The notes under the pieces are model-generated. The model was given only the letters and a program-made list of their open reading frames with translations, ran no database searches and was not told the DNA's origin. The translations under genes and the position numbers were made by a program. Positions 27,817 through 36,546 of a stretch of 56,839 nt of DNA are shown here, one piece after another. The stretch covers positions 1-56,839 of the forward strand of contig JAFTOZ010000004.1 of NCBI GenBank assembly GCA_017463565.1. Reading direction: 5' to 3'. Position 1 is the stretch's first letter. Every line of letters begins with the position of its first letter. Source of the stretch: Clostridia bacterium. GTDB lineage: Bacteria; Bacillota; Clostridia; Christensenellales; CAG-1252.

Positions 27817-28787
27817 AGCACCTCCTCGTGGCTAAGACGCTCCACACGGCAAGCACCCATTCTCTCCATTACCACCATATCAATGCCCCCTTGCGTGGAC
27901 TTTTTATCGTGGCTAAGTGCCACGCCCAGCGCACCCACAGGGGCTTTGGGCAGGTCGAGGTCCTCCAACGCTTCTTGCAGTAGTTGATATTCCTCGATGG
28001 GCATCGTGCCCGAGCGAAAAGCGTGCGCCGCCAAGGTAGACAACCCCATTGCCACCGCCACACCGTGGGGAATTGTCATTCCCGACAGGCTCTCGTAGGC
28101 GTGGCCAAAGGTATGTCCCAGATTCAACAAGCGCCGCTCCCCTCTGTCGTAGGGGTCTTTTTCCACCAGTTTGTTTTTATACTCTACACAAAGGGCAACC
28201 AATTCTTCCGTCACCTCGCCCTCCAGTAGCAAGCGCCCCTCGTCGCCCCCCAATAGGCAGGCGTATTTCAGCATTTCGCCACGGCCGGAGCGCCATTCCT
28301 CTTTGGGTAGGGTGAGCAAAAAGTCAAGGTCCATCAAAATGCCTTGTGGGGCATAAAAGGTGCCGATTTGGTTTTTATAGCCCCCAAAGTTCAATCCGTT
28401 TTTGTGCCCGAGGCTACTGTCAATCATGGCAACCAGGGTGGTGGGCACCTGCCACAACTGTACCCCACGCAAATAGGTTGCAGCGGCAAAGCCAACCAAA
28501 TCGCCTACCACACCGCCACCTACGGCAACCACGGTATCTTGTCGTCCAAGACCTGCCTTTTCCAGTGCGGCAAGCAGGGCTTGATAGACAGATAAATCCT
28601 TGCTCCCCTCGCCGTGGGGAACTACGTATACGTTTTTATCCTGCAACAAGGGGGCGTACAACCTAGCAACCTCGCTATCTACCACCCACAAATGCTTGCC
28701 CTGTGGCAACAGGTACTGCAACTGACAAAAAGCACCCCTTCCTATGTGGATGGGGTAGCCGTATATGGGTCCGTAGAGGGTCTTCAT
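27798..28787 (-). CDS. aroB: 3-dehydroquinate synthase
   Basis: Part of ORF 27798..28967. Start placed at Met 28787, in an ATGA overlap with aroF. Motifs GGGVVGDLVGFAAATYLRG, LNLGHTFGHA and PHGVAVA. Confidence 0.85.
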   Translation of the reverse strand: MKTLYGPIYGYPIHIGRGAFCQLQYLLPQGKHLWVVDSEVARLYAPLLQDKNVYVVPHGEGSKDLSVYQALLAALEKAGLGRQDTVVAVGGGVVGDLVGFAAATYLRGVQLWQVPTTLVAMIDSSLGHKNGLNFGGYKNQIGTFYAPQGILMDLDFLLTLPKEEWRSGRGEMLKYACLLGGDEGRLLLEGEVTEELVALCVEYKNKLVEKDPYDRGERRLLNLGHTFGHAYESLSGMTIPHGVAVAMGLSTLAAHAFRSGTMPIEEYQLLQEALEDLDLPKAPVGALGVALSHDKKSTQGGIDMVVMERMGACRVERLSHEEVLCRYPF

Positions 28788-29764
28788 AGTATCTCTCCCA
28801 ACCGCTTGATCTTGCCGTTCAGCTCTGCCAATACGGCAGGGGTAACGGCTTGCGGTCCGTCGCAAAGAGCGGTCTCGGGCATATCGTGCACCTCGATCAT
28901 CAGGCCCATTGCACCTGCCGCCACCACACCAAGCGCCACGCTCGGCACCAAGCGTCCGTCCCCACAAGCGTGTGAGGGATCAACGATCACAGGCAGATGG
29001 GTACGTGCCTTCACGGTGGGCAGAGTAGTCAAATCCAGACTAGCGCGAGCAGAGGTTGCAAAGTGGCGCACACCGCGCTCACAAAGCACCACGTTTGGAT
29101 TGCCCGATGCCAAAATATACTCGGCAGACGCCAACCATTCTTCCACGGTGGCACCCATACCGCGCTTGAGCAAAATAGGCTTGCCGGTCGCGGCGGCTGC
29201 GCGCAACAAGGCAAAGTTTTGCATATTTCTTGCGCCAATTTGCAACATATCGACCGAGCCGTAGAGGGGCAAATCTTCCACAGACAACACCTCACATACG
29301 GTGGGCAACCCGGCTTGTTTGCCTGCCTCTACCAACCAACCGATTCCCTCTGCGCCTACCCCTTGGAAGGTATAGGGAGAGGTGCGAGGTTTGAAGCAAC
29401 CGCCACGCAATACGTGTGCTCCGGCGCTTTTCACGGCGTGGGCAATACGCAAAATCTGCTCTGCGCTCTCTACGGCGCAGGGACCTGCTATGCAAACGTA
29501 ATCCTTGCCAAACGAGGCTTCGCCGACACGGACGACCGAATGCTCAGTGTCTTCTTTGCGTTGCACCAAAGGCAGCGTCATTCCCTCGCCAACCGCCAAC
29601 ACACCGGGCAGAGCCGTCAGCGTGGGCAAATCCAACCTTTCCACCGCTCCCTCCAGGCGCAAACCGCCCGAGCAGGGGTTGGCCAAAACACCGATGTCGG
29701 ACAGATAGCGGTACAAATCGTGCAGTGCACTTTGACTGATTTTGGGGTCAATGAGAATGATCAT
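28784..29764 (-). CDS. aroF: 3-deoxy-7-phosphoheptulonate (DAHP) synthase, class I-beta with N-terminal ferredoxin-like domain
   Basis: Part of ORF 28784..29824. Likely start at Met 29764 (MIILIDPK). Contains IAGPCAVES and RGGCFKPRTSPYTFQG. Confidence 0.85.
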   Translation of the reverse strand: MIILIDPKISQSALHDLYRYLSDIGVLANPCSGGLRLEGAVERLDLPTLTALPGVLAVGEGMTLPLVQRKEDTEHSVVRVGEASFGKDYVCIAGPCAVESAEQILRIAHAVKSAGAHVLRGGCFKPRTSPYTFQGVGAEGIGWLVEAGKQAGLPTVCEVLSVEDLPLYGSVDMLQIGARNMQNFALLRAAAATGKPILLKRGMGATVEEWLASAEYILASGNPNVVLCERGVRHFATSARASLDLTTLPTVKARTHLPVIVDPSHACGDGRLVPSVALGVVAAGAMGLMIEVHDMPETALCDGPQAVTPAVLAELNGKIKRLGEIL

Positions 29765-29926
29765 AGGGGCCTTCTTCCACATTTTTTGTACTACCATTAT
29801 ACGGTTACTTGCGCCCATCGTCAAGCACCCAATTAAAATTTAGTCTACGTAAGGAGTGGGGTTGACAAAGGCAAGGTGGCGTTTTATACTGAAAAGTAGA
29901 GGAAGCCACGGCTTCGAGGAGGAAAT

Positions 29927-30826
29927 ATGGGAAAGATTATCGGCAAAATGTTTTGTGCAATGACCACCGCAGCAGACCAAAAAAGACTGCGCACCCAGAC
30001 CCTGCCCACAGGCGCAGAAAAGGTGGCGGAGGAATGTTACACTCCGGACAACCATCCCCTGCAACGTGTGAGTATCTACCGACCCGAGGGGATCGAGGGC
30101 TTGTTGCCCGTGATTTTTGACGTCCACGGTGGCGGTTGGTACTACGGCGACCACAATCTCAATTTCCACTACGACCGCACCTTGGCGGCACAGGGCTACG
30201 TAGTGGTGGGCGTTGGCTACCGTCTTGCGCCCGAGGCAACCTACGTGGACCAATTGCGCGACGTGGCAAAGGCGCTTTGCTACGTAGTAGAGCACGCCCC
30301 CCGATTTGGTATCGACCTGTCCCGTGCTTTTCTTACCGGTGACTCAGCAGGCGGCCACTTGTCCTCTCTCTTGTTACGCACCACGGTGGATCACGACTAC
30401 CGTGTCAGCCTGCAAGTAGACGAGGTGCCGGTGCATATCCGTGCGGTCTGCTTCACCTGTGGCGCACACCATCCCACCAATATGGCAAAGATTCCCCTGG
30501 CGCGTGCTTTCTTTGGCTCGGTCATCGGCAAGGGCTACCGTCGCAGCCCCTACTACGACCTGGCGGATTTTCGTCTGCCCGAGGGGCTTGAGGGAGTGCC
30601 TCCTATGCTATTCACCACTTGCTACGGCGACTTTTTGCGAAAGGACGTTTTGCAGTCCTTCGAGGAAACGCATTCCGCCGGCTACGATTGCCGTCTTTTG
30701 TTCCGCGAGGAGCAGACCAACCACAAACTGGGACACGTCTACAACGTACTTTGCCCCGAGTGGGAGGAATCTATCGAAACCAACCAAGCAATGCTCGACT
30801 TCTTTGAGGAGAGTCTTTTGGACTAG
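29927..30826 (+). CDS. alpha/beta hydrolase (esterase/lipase, fold-3 type)
   Basis: Oxyanion motif HGGGW and nucleophile elbow GDSAGG. GGAGGA RBS. Confidence 0.8.
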   Translation: MGKIIGKMFCAMTTAADQKRLRTQTLPTGAEKVAEECYTPDNHPLQRVSIYRPEGIEGLLPVIFDVHGGGWYYGDHNLNFHYDRTLAAQGYVVVGVGYRLAPEATYVDQLRDVAKALCYVVEHAPRFGIDLSRAFLTGDSAGGHLSSLLLRTTVDHDYRVSLQVDEVPVHIRAVCFTCGAHHPTNMAKIPLARAFFGSVIGKGYRRSPYYDLADFRLPEGLEGVPPMLFTTCYGDFLRKDVLQSFEETHSAGYDCRLLFREEQTNHKLGHVYNVLCPEWEESIETNQAMLDFFEESLLD

Positions 30827-30831
30827 ACACC

Positions 30832-32799
30832 ATGCTTTTTTCTATCAACGATCTAACCTTTGGATACGATGACGTCATCGTGCTATCCTCCCTCAATCTG
30901 GTGATGGAGGACGGTGACCGTATCGGCTTAATCGGCGCCAACGGCGTGGGCAAAACCACGCTGTTGCGTTTGATTATGGGGGAATTGATTGCTGATAAAG
31001 GGAACATTGCACGAAAAAACGGACTTCGCGTGGCAATGCTTCGCCAAAAGGACGAACTGGATAGCACGCGCACCGTATGGCAGGAAATGCAGTCGGTTTT
31101 TGCCGACGTCCACGCCGCTATCGACCAAATGCGCGCCCTCGAGGTGGCTCTGTCCTGCGCCGAAGAAGGTAGCCTGGAGTACCGCCGATTGGTGGCGGAG
31201 CACGACCGTTTGGACCGCTTAGTGGCGGCAGAGGAGGGCTACCAAGCAGACGTCCGTATCCGTACGGTCTTGTCGGGTATGGGCTTTGGCGCGCACCACG
31301 ATACCCCCATTTCACAAATGTCCGGTGGCGAAAAGACCCGCCTTGCACTCTGCAAACTGCTACTGGCGAGGTTGGATTTGTTGATTTTGGACGAGCCCAC
31401 CAACCATCTGGACGCAGACACCCTGGAGTGGTTGGAAGAATATCTCAACGGCTACAAGGGCGGCTTGTTGATCGTATCGCACGACCGCTATTTTTTGGAT
31501 CACGTCACCAAGAAAACGTGGGATATGGAGGGGTTGGACGTGCGTGAATATCGCGCCAGCTATAGCCGTAGTCGCGCCATCAAAGAGGAATTGGTGGCGG
31601 CACAACTCAAACTGTACAACAAGCAGCAGGAGCAGGTGGCGGATATGTTGGACTACGTGCAACGCAATATCGTGCGTGCCACCACCTCCAAAAGCGCCAA
31701 AAGCCGTCTGCACCGTATCGAGGGTATGGATTTGGTAGAGAAACCAATCACCTATACCAAGCCCCCCATTTTCCGATTGCAAGCAGAGGGTGAGAGCAAC
31801 CGTGACGTGCTCAAAGTGACAGAGTTGCCCCTGGTCGTTGGGGACAAAACCCTTATTCCCTCGCTATCTTTCAGCCTCAATAAAGGGGAGCGTTTGGCAA
31901 TCGTAGGACCAAACGGCGTGGGCAAAAGCACCCTGATCAAAACCTTGCTGGGTATGCTTAACGCCACCACCGATCGCTATAATCCCCTGCCCAATCCGTC
32001 GGGGAGTGCCTGTGGCGGTTTCCCACGTGTGCGCCACGTTAACGGGCATATCCGCTACGGACTCAATCTGTCGATTGGCTACTACGACCAAGAAAACCTC
32101 AACCTCAGCCTGCACAACTCGGTGCTTGCAGAAATGTGGTACCGTTTCCCCTCTATGACCCAAACGCTTGCCCGCACCATTTTGGGCAACCTGCTGTTTA
32201 CGGCAGAGGATATGGACAAAACGGTAGGGGAGCTGTCGGGTGGCGAGAGGGCTAAACTCGGTTTTGCCATACTGATTGGCGAAAAGAACAATCTGCTCTT
32301 TTTGGACGAGCCTACCAACCACCTGGACCTTGCGGCAAGAGAGGCACTGGAGACAGGACTCAAAAACTACCCGGGCACCGTGGTTTTCGTATCGCACGAC
32401 CGTTATTTCGTCAATGCGGTGGCAACGCGCGTACTGTCTTTGTCCCCCGAGGGCGCAGAGAGTATTGAGGGCAACTACGACAGTTATCTACGGTGGCGTG
32501 AGCGTATGCGCGCGAAAGCCTCTGCCAACCCCCAAAAAGATGAAGCGCCTGCGCCTGTCAAGGAGCGCAGTGGCTACAAGAGCAAAGAGGACAAGCGCCG
32601 AGAAGCCAAACGGCGAGAGCAAATTGCTCGTATCGAGCACGAGCTTGCCGCCTTGGACGACAAAATTGCCGAGCTCAACCAACAACTCTCCAACACGACC
32701 GACTACATGTTGTGCGGTCAACTGGCCGATGCCCTGGGCAAGGCGCAAGAGGAGCAGGATAGGCTGTTCTTGGAACTGGAAGAATGGGAAAACAGTTAG
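30832..32799 (+). CDS. ABC-F family ATPase (two NBDs, no TM domain)
   Basis: Two Walker A motifs (GANGVGKTT, GPNGVGKST), two signature motifs (LSGGEKTRLAL, LSGGERAKLGF), and a charged coiled-coil C-terminus. Confidence 0.85.
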   Translation: MLFSINDLTFGYDDVIVLSSLNLVMEDGDRIGLIGANGVGKTTLLRLIMGELIADKGNIARKNGLRVAMLRQKDELDSTRTVWQEMQSVFADVHAAIDQMRALEVALSCAEEGSLEYRRLVAEHDRLDRLVAAEEGYQADVRIRTVLSGMGFGAHHDTPISQMSGGEKTRLALCKLLLARLDLLILDEPTNHLDADTLEWLEEYLNGYKGGLLIVSHDRYFLDHVTKKTWDMEGLDVREYRASYSRSRAIKEELVAAQLKLYNKQQEQVADMLDYVQRNIVRATTSKSAKSRLHRIEGMDLVEKPITYTKPPIFRLQAEGESNRDVLKVTELPLVVGDKTLIPSLSFSLNKGERLAIVGPNGVGKSTLIKTLLGMLNATTDRYNPLPNPSGSACGGFPRVRHVNGHIRYGLNLSIGYYDQENLNLSLHNSVLAEMWYRFPSMTQTLARTILGNLLFTAEDMDKTVGELSGGERAKLGFAILIGEKNNLLFLDEPTNHLDLAAREALETGLKNYPGTVVFVSHDRYFVNAVATRVLSLSPEGAESIEGNYDSYLRWRERMRAKASANPQKDEAPAPVKERSGYKSKEDKRREAKRREQIARIEHELAALDDKIAELNQQLSNTTDYMLCGQLADALGKAQEEQDRLFLELEEWENS

Positions 32800-32808
32800 C
32801 ACCGCCGC

Positions 32809-32837
32809 TTGCCAAACGGCAATGAGCGTGCTATAAT
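32809..32837 (+). promoter_or_regulatory. sigma-A-type promoter of the riboswitch-controlled unit
   Basis: TTGCCA (32809..32814), 17-nt spacer, TATAAT (32832..32837). Confidence 0.6.
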
Positions 32838-32849
32838 TAAAATACAATA

Positions 32850-33057
32850 CCGCAAGAGTCGCCCTATGGGGCGGAGAGCAGGGGAAGACGGTGAGAATCC
32901 GTCGCAACAGTCATTACCGTGTGGCGTATGCCGAGTCGGGTAGCCTGCCTTGTGGCCAACGAGTACGCAACCTTGGACAACGAAGGAGATGCGGCCCAAC
33001 AATGCACGTCGGTGTATTATTTGTGCGCCTCCTTTTTGTACGAAAGGAGGCTTTTTA
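32850..33057 (+). promoter_or_regulatory. cobalamin (B12) riboswitch with terminator expression platform
   Basis: Core GGGGAAGACGGTGAGAATCCGTC and a B12-box-like AGTCGGGTAGCCTGCC. Ends in GCCTCCTTT-loop-AAAGGAGGC plus T5 (33027..33056). Confidence 0.8.
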
Positions 33058-33089
33058 TTGCGGAAAACCGCCAATATACAGGAGGATTT

Positions 33090-33572
33090 ATGAAAAGATT
33101 CAAAGTGATTGCAACTGTCGTTATGCTTGCGCTCGTGCTCAGCCTTGCGCTATCTGCCTGCACCCCCACCCATACCGTGGGCGACGCCGGCACCGTCACC
33201 ATCGTGCTTGCACCCGAGAGCGAAGGGGGCGAGTGTATCGAATATATCGTGGATTTGGCAGAATTGGACGGGCAAGAGGGGCTTATGACCGTGCTTGCCT
33301 ACCTCAAAGAAACGCAGGGGCTCACCTATACCGAAACGGACGGTGGCTACGGCGCCTATCTCACGCAGGTTGCGCACCTTGCCGAGGACTACGCTAGCGG
33401 CACCTATCTCTATCTCTACACCAGCGTAGAGGCAGATGCAGACGTCAGCGAATACGCCACCACCATCGACTACAAAGGACACGTCCTTTCTTCCAGCGGA
33501 GTGGGCAGTTCTTCTATGCAGATCGAGGACGGTGCCATCATCTATATCGGCACCACCGTCTACGGTTCCTGA
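33090..33572 (+). CDS. DUF4430-type lipoprotein (transcobalamin-like, candidate corrinoid binder)
   Basis: Part of ORF 32919..33572. Start placed at Met 33090, behind AGGAGGA. Lipobox LSAC. GGYGAYLTQV and IEDGAIIYI match my recollection of DUF4430. Under B12 riboswitch control. Confidence 0.6.
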   Translation: MKRFKVIATVVMLALVLSLALSACTPTHTVGDAGTVTIVLAPESEGGECIEYIVDLAELDGQEGLMTVLAYLKETQGLTYTETDGGYGAYLTQVAHLAEDYASGTYLYLYTSVEADADVSEYATTIDYKGHVLSSSGVGSSSMQIEDGAIIYIGTTVYGS

Positions 33573-34213
33573 TGAATCGGGGTCTTGCTAAAAAATACGG
33601 TCGGTTAGCCACCAAGGCGGTGGCGCTCGTTGCCGTCATGGCAGCAACCCTCACCGCCGGCAAAACGGCGTTGGCGGCAATCCCCAACGTGGAGATTGTC
33701 ACCCTTCTTTGCGCCCTCTACGGCTACGTATTTGGGGGTATGGGGGTGTTTGCCGCCCTCATTTTTGTGGCGATAGAGCCACTTATATGGGGATACGGCG
33801 GTTGGGTGATTACCTATCTTTGCCATTGGCCGGTGGTGGCGTTGGTCTTTTGGGGGCTTGCTCGCCTCAAACTTAAAAACCGCCTGTTGCTTGCCCTCGT
33901 TGCAGGTGTATTGACCGTGTGGTTTGGCGTGTTTTCCTCTATGGTAGACGTGGGCCTTTTCACAGGGGGTGAAAACTTTGGCGAGCGGTTTGCCATCTAC
34001 TACGCGCGCGGTGTATGGTTCTACGTCACGCAAATCGCCTGCAACCTGCTTTTGTTCCCCATTGCCTTCCGTCCTCTTGCCACGCTATTGGGCAAGTTGC
34101 ACCGCCGTATGTTTCCAAGGGCTTTGCCCAAGGAGCCAGCAGATCTCCCCGACGAGGTGGAGCCTGCCTGCCCTCCGCCCGAGGAACAGGCCACCGATTC
34201 CCACCCAAACTAA
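33572..34213 (+). CDS. polytopic membrane protein, ECF-transporter S-component-like
   Basis: TGATG start/stop overlap with the upstream gene. About 6 hydrophobic helices in ~190 aa and a Pro/Glu-rich tail. The functional call is by context only. Confidence 0.5.
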   Translation: MNRGLAKKYGRLATKAVALVAVMAATLTAGKTALAAIPNVEIVTLLCALYGYVFGGMGVFAALIFVAIEPLIWGYGGWVITYLCHWPVVALVFWGLARLKLKNRLLLALVAGVLTVWFGVFSSMVDVGLFTGGENFGERFAIYYARGVWFYVTQIACNLLLFPIAFRPLATLLGKLHRRMFPRALPKEPADLPDEVEPACPPPEEQATDSHPN

Positions 34214-34332
34214 GCCGTTTGCCACGCTAAAAATTGAAAAATTGCGACCGCACGAAAAACTTTGCAAAATCAATTGACAATTATTTCGTTATTACCTATA
34301 ATGAATAAGCATTTCGGTGCAGAACGCAATAT

Positions 34333-34408
34333 GCTGATGTGGCTCAGTCGGTAGAGCACATCCTTGGTAAGGATGAGGTCACCAGTTCAAATCTGGTCAT
34401 CAGCTCCA
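34333..34408 (+). tRNA. tRNA-Thr (anticodon GGU)
   Basis: Cloverleaf read by hand: acceptor GCTGATG/CATCAGC, D arm GCTCAGTCGGTAGAGC, anticodon stem CATCC/GGATG with loop TTGGTAA, T arm ACCAGTTCAAATCTGGT. CCA is encoded. Confidence 0.9.
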
Positions 34409-34414
34409 AAAAAT

Positions 34415-34443
34415 TCGACAAGTTTCGACTTGTCGATTTTTTT
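34415..34443 (+). terminator. rho-independent terminator after the tRNA
   Basis: TCGACAAGT-TTCG-ACTTGTCGA followed by T7. Confidence 0.85.
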
Positions 34444-34445
34444 AT

Positions 34446-34612
34446 CCATTGCGAAAGCAATGGCATATCATCACGACGTAGTCGTGTATATCATCACCGA
34501 AGGTGGATATCATCAGCCGTAGGCTGTTTCTTTTTTCGCAATGATGATATACAAGGCCTTCGCCTTGGTGATATACAAAACTTCGTTTTGATGATATACA
34601 CGCCTTTGGCGT
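34446..34612. repeat. hairpin-punctuated short-motif array B (3 direct ATATCATCA, then 3 inverted TGATGATAT)
   Basis: Direct copies at 34465, 34488 and 34507. Inverted copies at 34542, ~34568 (GGTGATAT, imperfect) and 34589. Seven unique mini-hairpins act as linkers, for example CCATTGC-GAAA-GCAATGG and CAGCC-GTA-GGCTG. Confidence 0.7.
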
Positions 34613-34705
34613 GATTGGGACGTTACAGTTCAACATCGTACGATACAGACACAAAACCAAAACAAAAAAAGGAGAACGATGTTCGCCTTTTCTTTTTTCG
34701 TACTC

Positions 34706-36208
34706 TTACAGATTGTAGAGAGCGGTGTATTTTTTCTTGAGGTAGTCCAAGAAATAGTGCGGATCAAAGTCCTCGCCGGTTGCCTCACGCAGAATCTGCT
34801 TGGGGTAGCGACTTGCGCCGTAGGTATGCACCTTGGCTGCCAACCAACCGCCGATTGCTTTCAGGGTGGGCTGACGCATTGCCGTTTCGATATCCAGGTC
34901 CTTGCCCATAGCGGCGTACATTTGCGCTGCGTACGCGCTGCCCAGCGCATAGGTGGGGAAATAGCCAAACGAGCCGTGTGCCCAGTGTACGTCCTGCAAC
35001 ACGCCCTTGGAATCGTTGGGTACGTCAACGCCAAGATACTCCTTATATTTTGCATTCCATGCAGCAGGCAGGTCCGCTACTGCCAAACGGCCGGACAACA
35101 ACTCCTTTTCCAACTCGTAGCGAATCAATACGTGCAAGGGATAGGTAACCTCGTCTGCCTCGGTGCGGATCAAACTGCACTCCACACGGTTGATCTCGCG
35201 GTACATATCCTCGGCGCTCACGTCGGCCAGTTGCTCGGGGAAGATCTCTTTCAGCGCGCCCATGTGGGTCTGCCAAAAAGCAAGGCTACGGCCAATCATA
35301 TTCTCAAAGAAGCGAGACTGGCTTTCGTGCATTGCCATGCTTGCGCCGCCGCCCGACATGGTGTTATCCAACTCTGCGCTCACTTGACGCTCGTACATGC
35401 CGTGTCCCATCTCGTGGATCGCCGAGAAGATAGCAGACAAAAAGTCGTCCTCGTGGAAGTGGTTGGTGATACGCACGTCCTTTCTGCCAAAGTTACTGGT
35501 AAAGGGGTGCTCGCTTTCTGCCATCACGGTGCAAGCAGGGTTAAAGCACATCACGGTGCGCAGATATTCGGCAAAATGCTTTTGTTTGTCGATGGGGAAG
35601 CGTTGCTTCGTCCAAGCCGCAGGCGCACGCTCGCCTTTTGCGCGGATTTTGGCAACCAACGGCACCAACTCACGCTTGATCAAATCAAAGAATTCGTCAT
35701 ATTCCTTTTGACCGTATTCGGGCTCATACTCGTCCAACAGCAAATCATAACCAACCAGGTCGGGGTCTGCAATTTGGCTATATTCCTTTTGGAAAGCGAG
35801 AATTTGCTCCAACATAGGCGCAAAAGCCGCCCAGTTATTGCCGCGCTTAGCGTCCACGTAGACAGGGAAAGCACGTGCGCTCAACTCGCTATACGCCACG
35901 TATTTATCTTGTGGAATACGTGCCAAGCGGTCGCCCCGCTTTTTCAACTCGATCACTTCGTGCGCAAGCACCGCCGACAATTCCTCACGGTGCGCATACA
36001 ACACCTCAATCGCCTCCAAATACTCGGGCGAGGTGGTCAACTCATAGCTCATCTCAGACAGGGTGCCAATCTCTGCGGCACGTGCCTCGGCAGAGATGCG
36101 GGGAGCCAGCGTTTCACGGTCCCAACCCTCCAAGAAAAAGGCCAAATGCAGGGCCTTCATACGGCGGTTTGTAAATTGGTAAACTTCCAATGCTTTTTCA
36201 ACGTTCAT
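34706..36208 (-). CDS. M32 (Taq-type) carboxypeptidase
   Basis: Zinc motif HEMGHGMYE plus HESQSRFFENMIGRS and IRTEADEVTYPLH. Confidence 0.85.
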   Translation of the reverse strand: MNVEKALEVYQFTNRRMKALHLAFFLEGWDRETLAPRISAEARAAEIGTLSEMSYELTTSPEYLEAIEVLYAHREELSAVLAHEVIELKKRGDRLARIPQDKYVAYSELSARAFPVYVDAKRGNNWAAFAPMLEQILAFQKEYSQIADPDLVGYDLLLDEYEPEYGQKEYDEFFDLIKRELVPLVAKIRAKGERAPAAWTKQRFPIDKQKHFAEYLRTVMCFNPACTVMAESEHPFTSNFGRKDVRITNHFHEDDFLSAIFSAIHEMGHGMYERQVSAELDNTMSGGGASMAMHESQSRFFENMIGRSLAFWQTHMGALKEIFPEQLADVSAEDMYREINRVECSLIRTEADEVTYPLHVLIRYELEKELLSGRLAVADLPAAWNAKYKEYLGVDVPNDSKGVLQDVHWAHGSFGYFPTYALGSAYAAQMYAAMGKDLDIETAMRQPTLKAIGGWLAAKVHTYGASRYPKQILREATGEDFDPHYFLDYLKKKYTALYNL

Positions 36209-36344
36209 ATTTTTTTCTCCTTATGGGGGCAAGCGCCTCCACTTTCTATCATACCATATTGTGCACTTCGATTGCAAGGGGGAGGGCGCCCCGTCCAAAA
36301 ATTCGCCAAACAAGAGGAACAGAAAAGCCCCCAACGGTTTGTCT

Positions 36345-36545
36345 ACCGTGGGGACTTTGTACGTCGCACCGCCGAAAGGGGTGACGACCAACGGTTTCTT
36401 TATACGTAGCACCGCCGTGCGTGCGTGTTGCCGATGGGTACTTGATACGTGCCACCGCCGTAGAGTGTCTACCAAAGGTGCTTCGTAGGTAGTGCCACCA
36501 AAGTACCGTCTACCAAGGGTACCTCGTAGGTAGCACCGCCAAGTG
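36345..36545. repeat. five degenerate tandem repeats of ~42 bp, core (A/G)TA(C/G)GT(A)GCACCGCC
   Basis: Cores at 36359..36373, 36402..36416, 36445..36459, 36484..36501 and 36525..36540. The longer unit GTCTACC..GT..GCACCGCC recurs three times. Confidence 0.7.
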
Positions 36546-36546
36546 G

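Noticed and set aside
34339-34614. 91-aa ORF starting inside the tRNA-Thr gene.
   Set aside because: It overlaps a clean tRNA cloverleaf and its terminator, then runs through repeat array B. It has no RBS.
34409-34705. Integrase or prophage remnant next to tRNA-Thr.
   Set aside because: No recombinase-like ORF on either strand. The next gene is a housekeeping-type M32 peptidase. Only repeat array B is unusual here.
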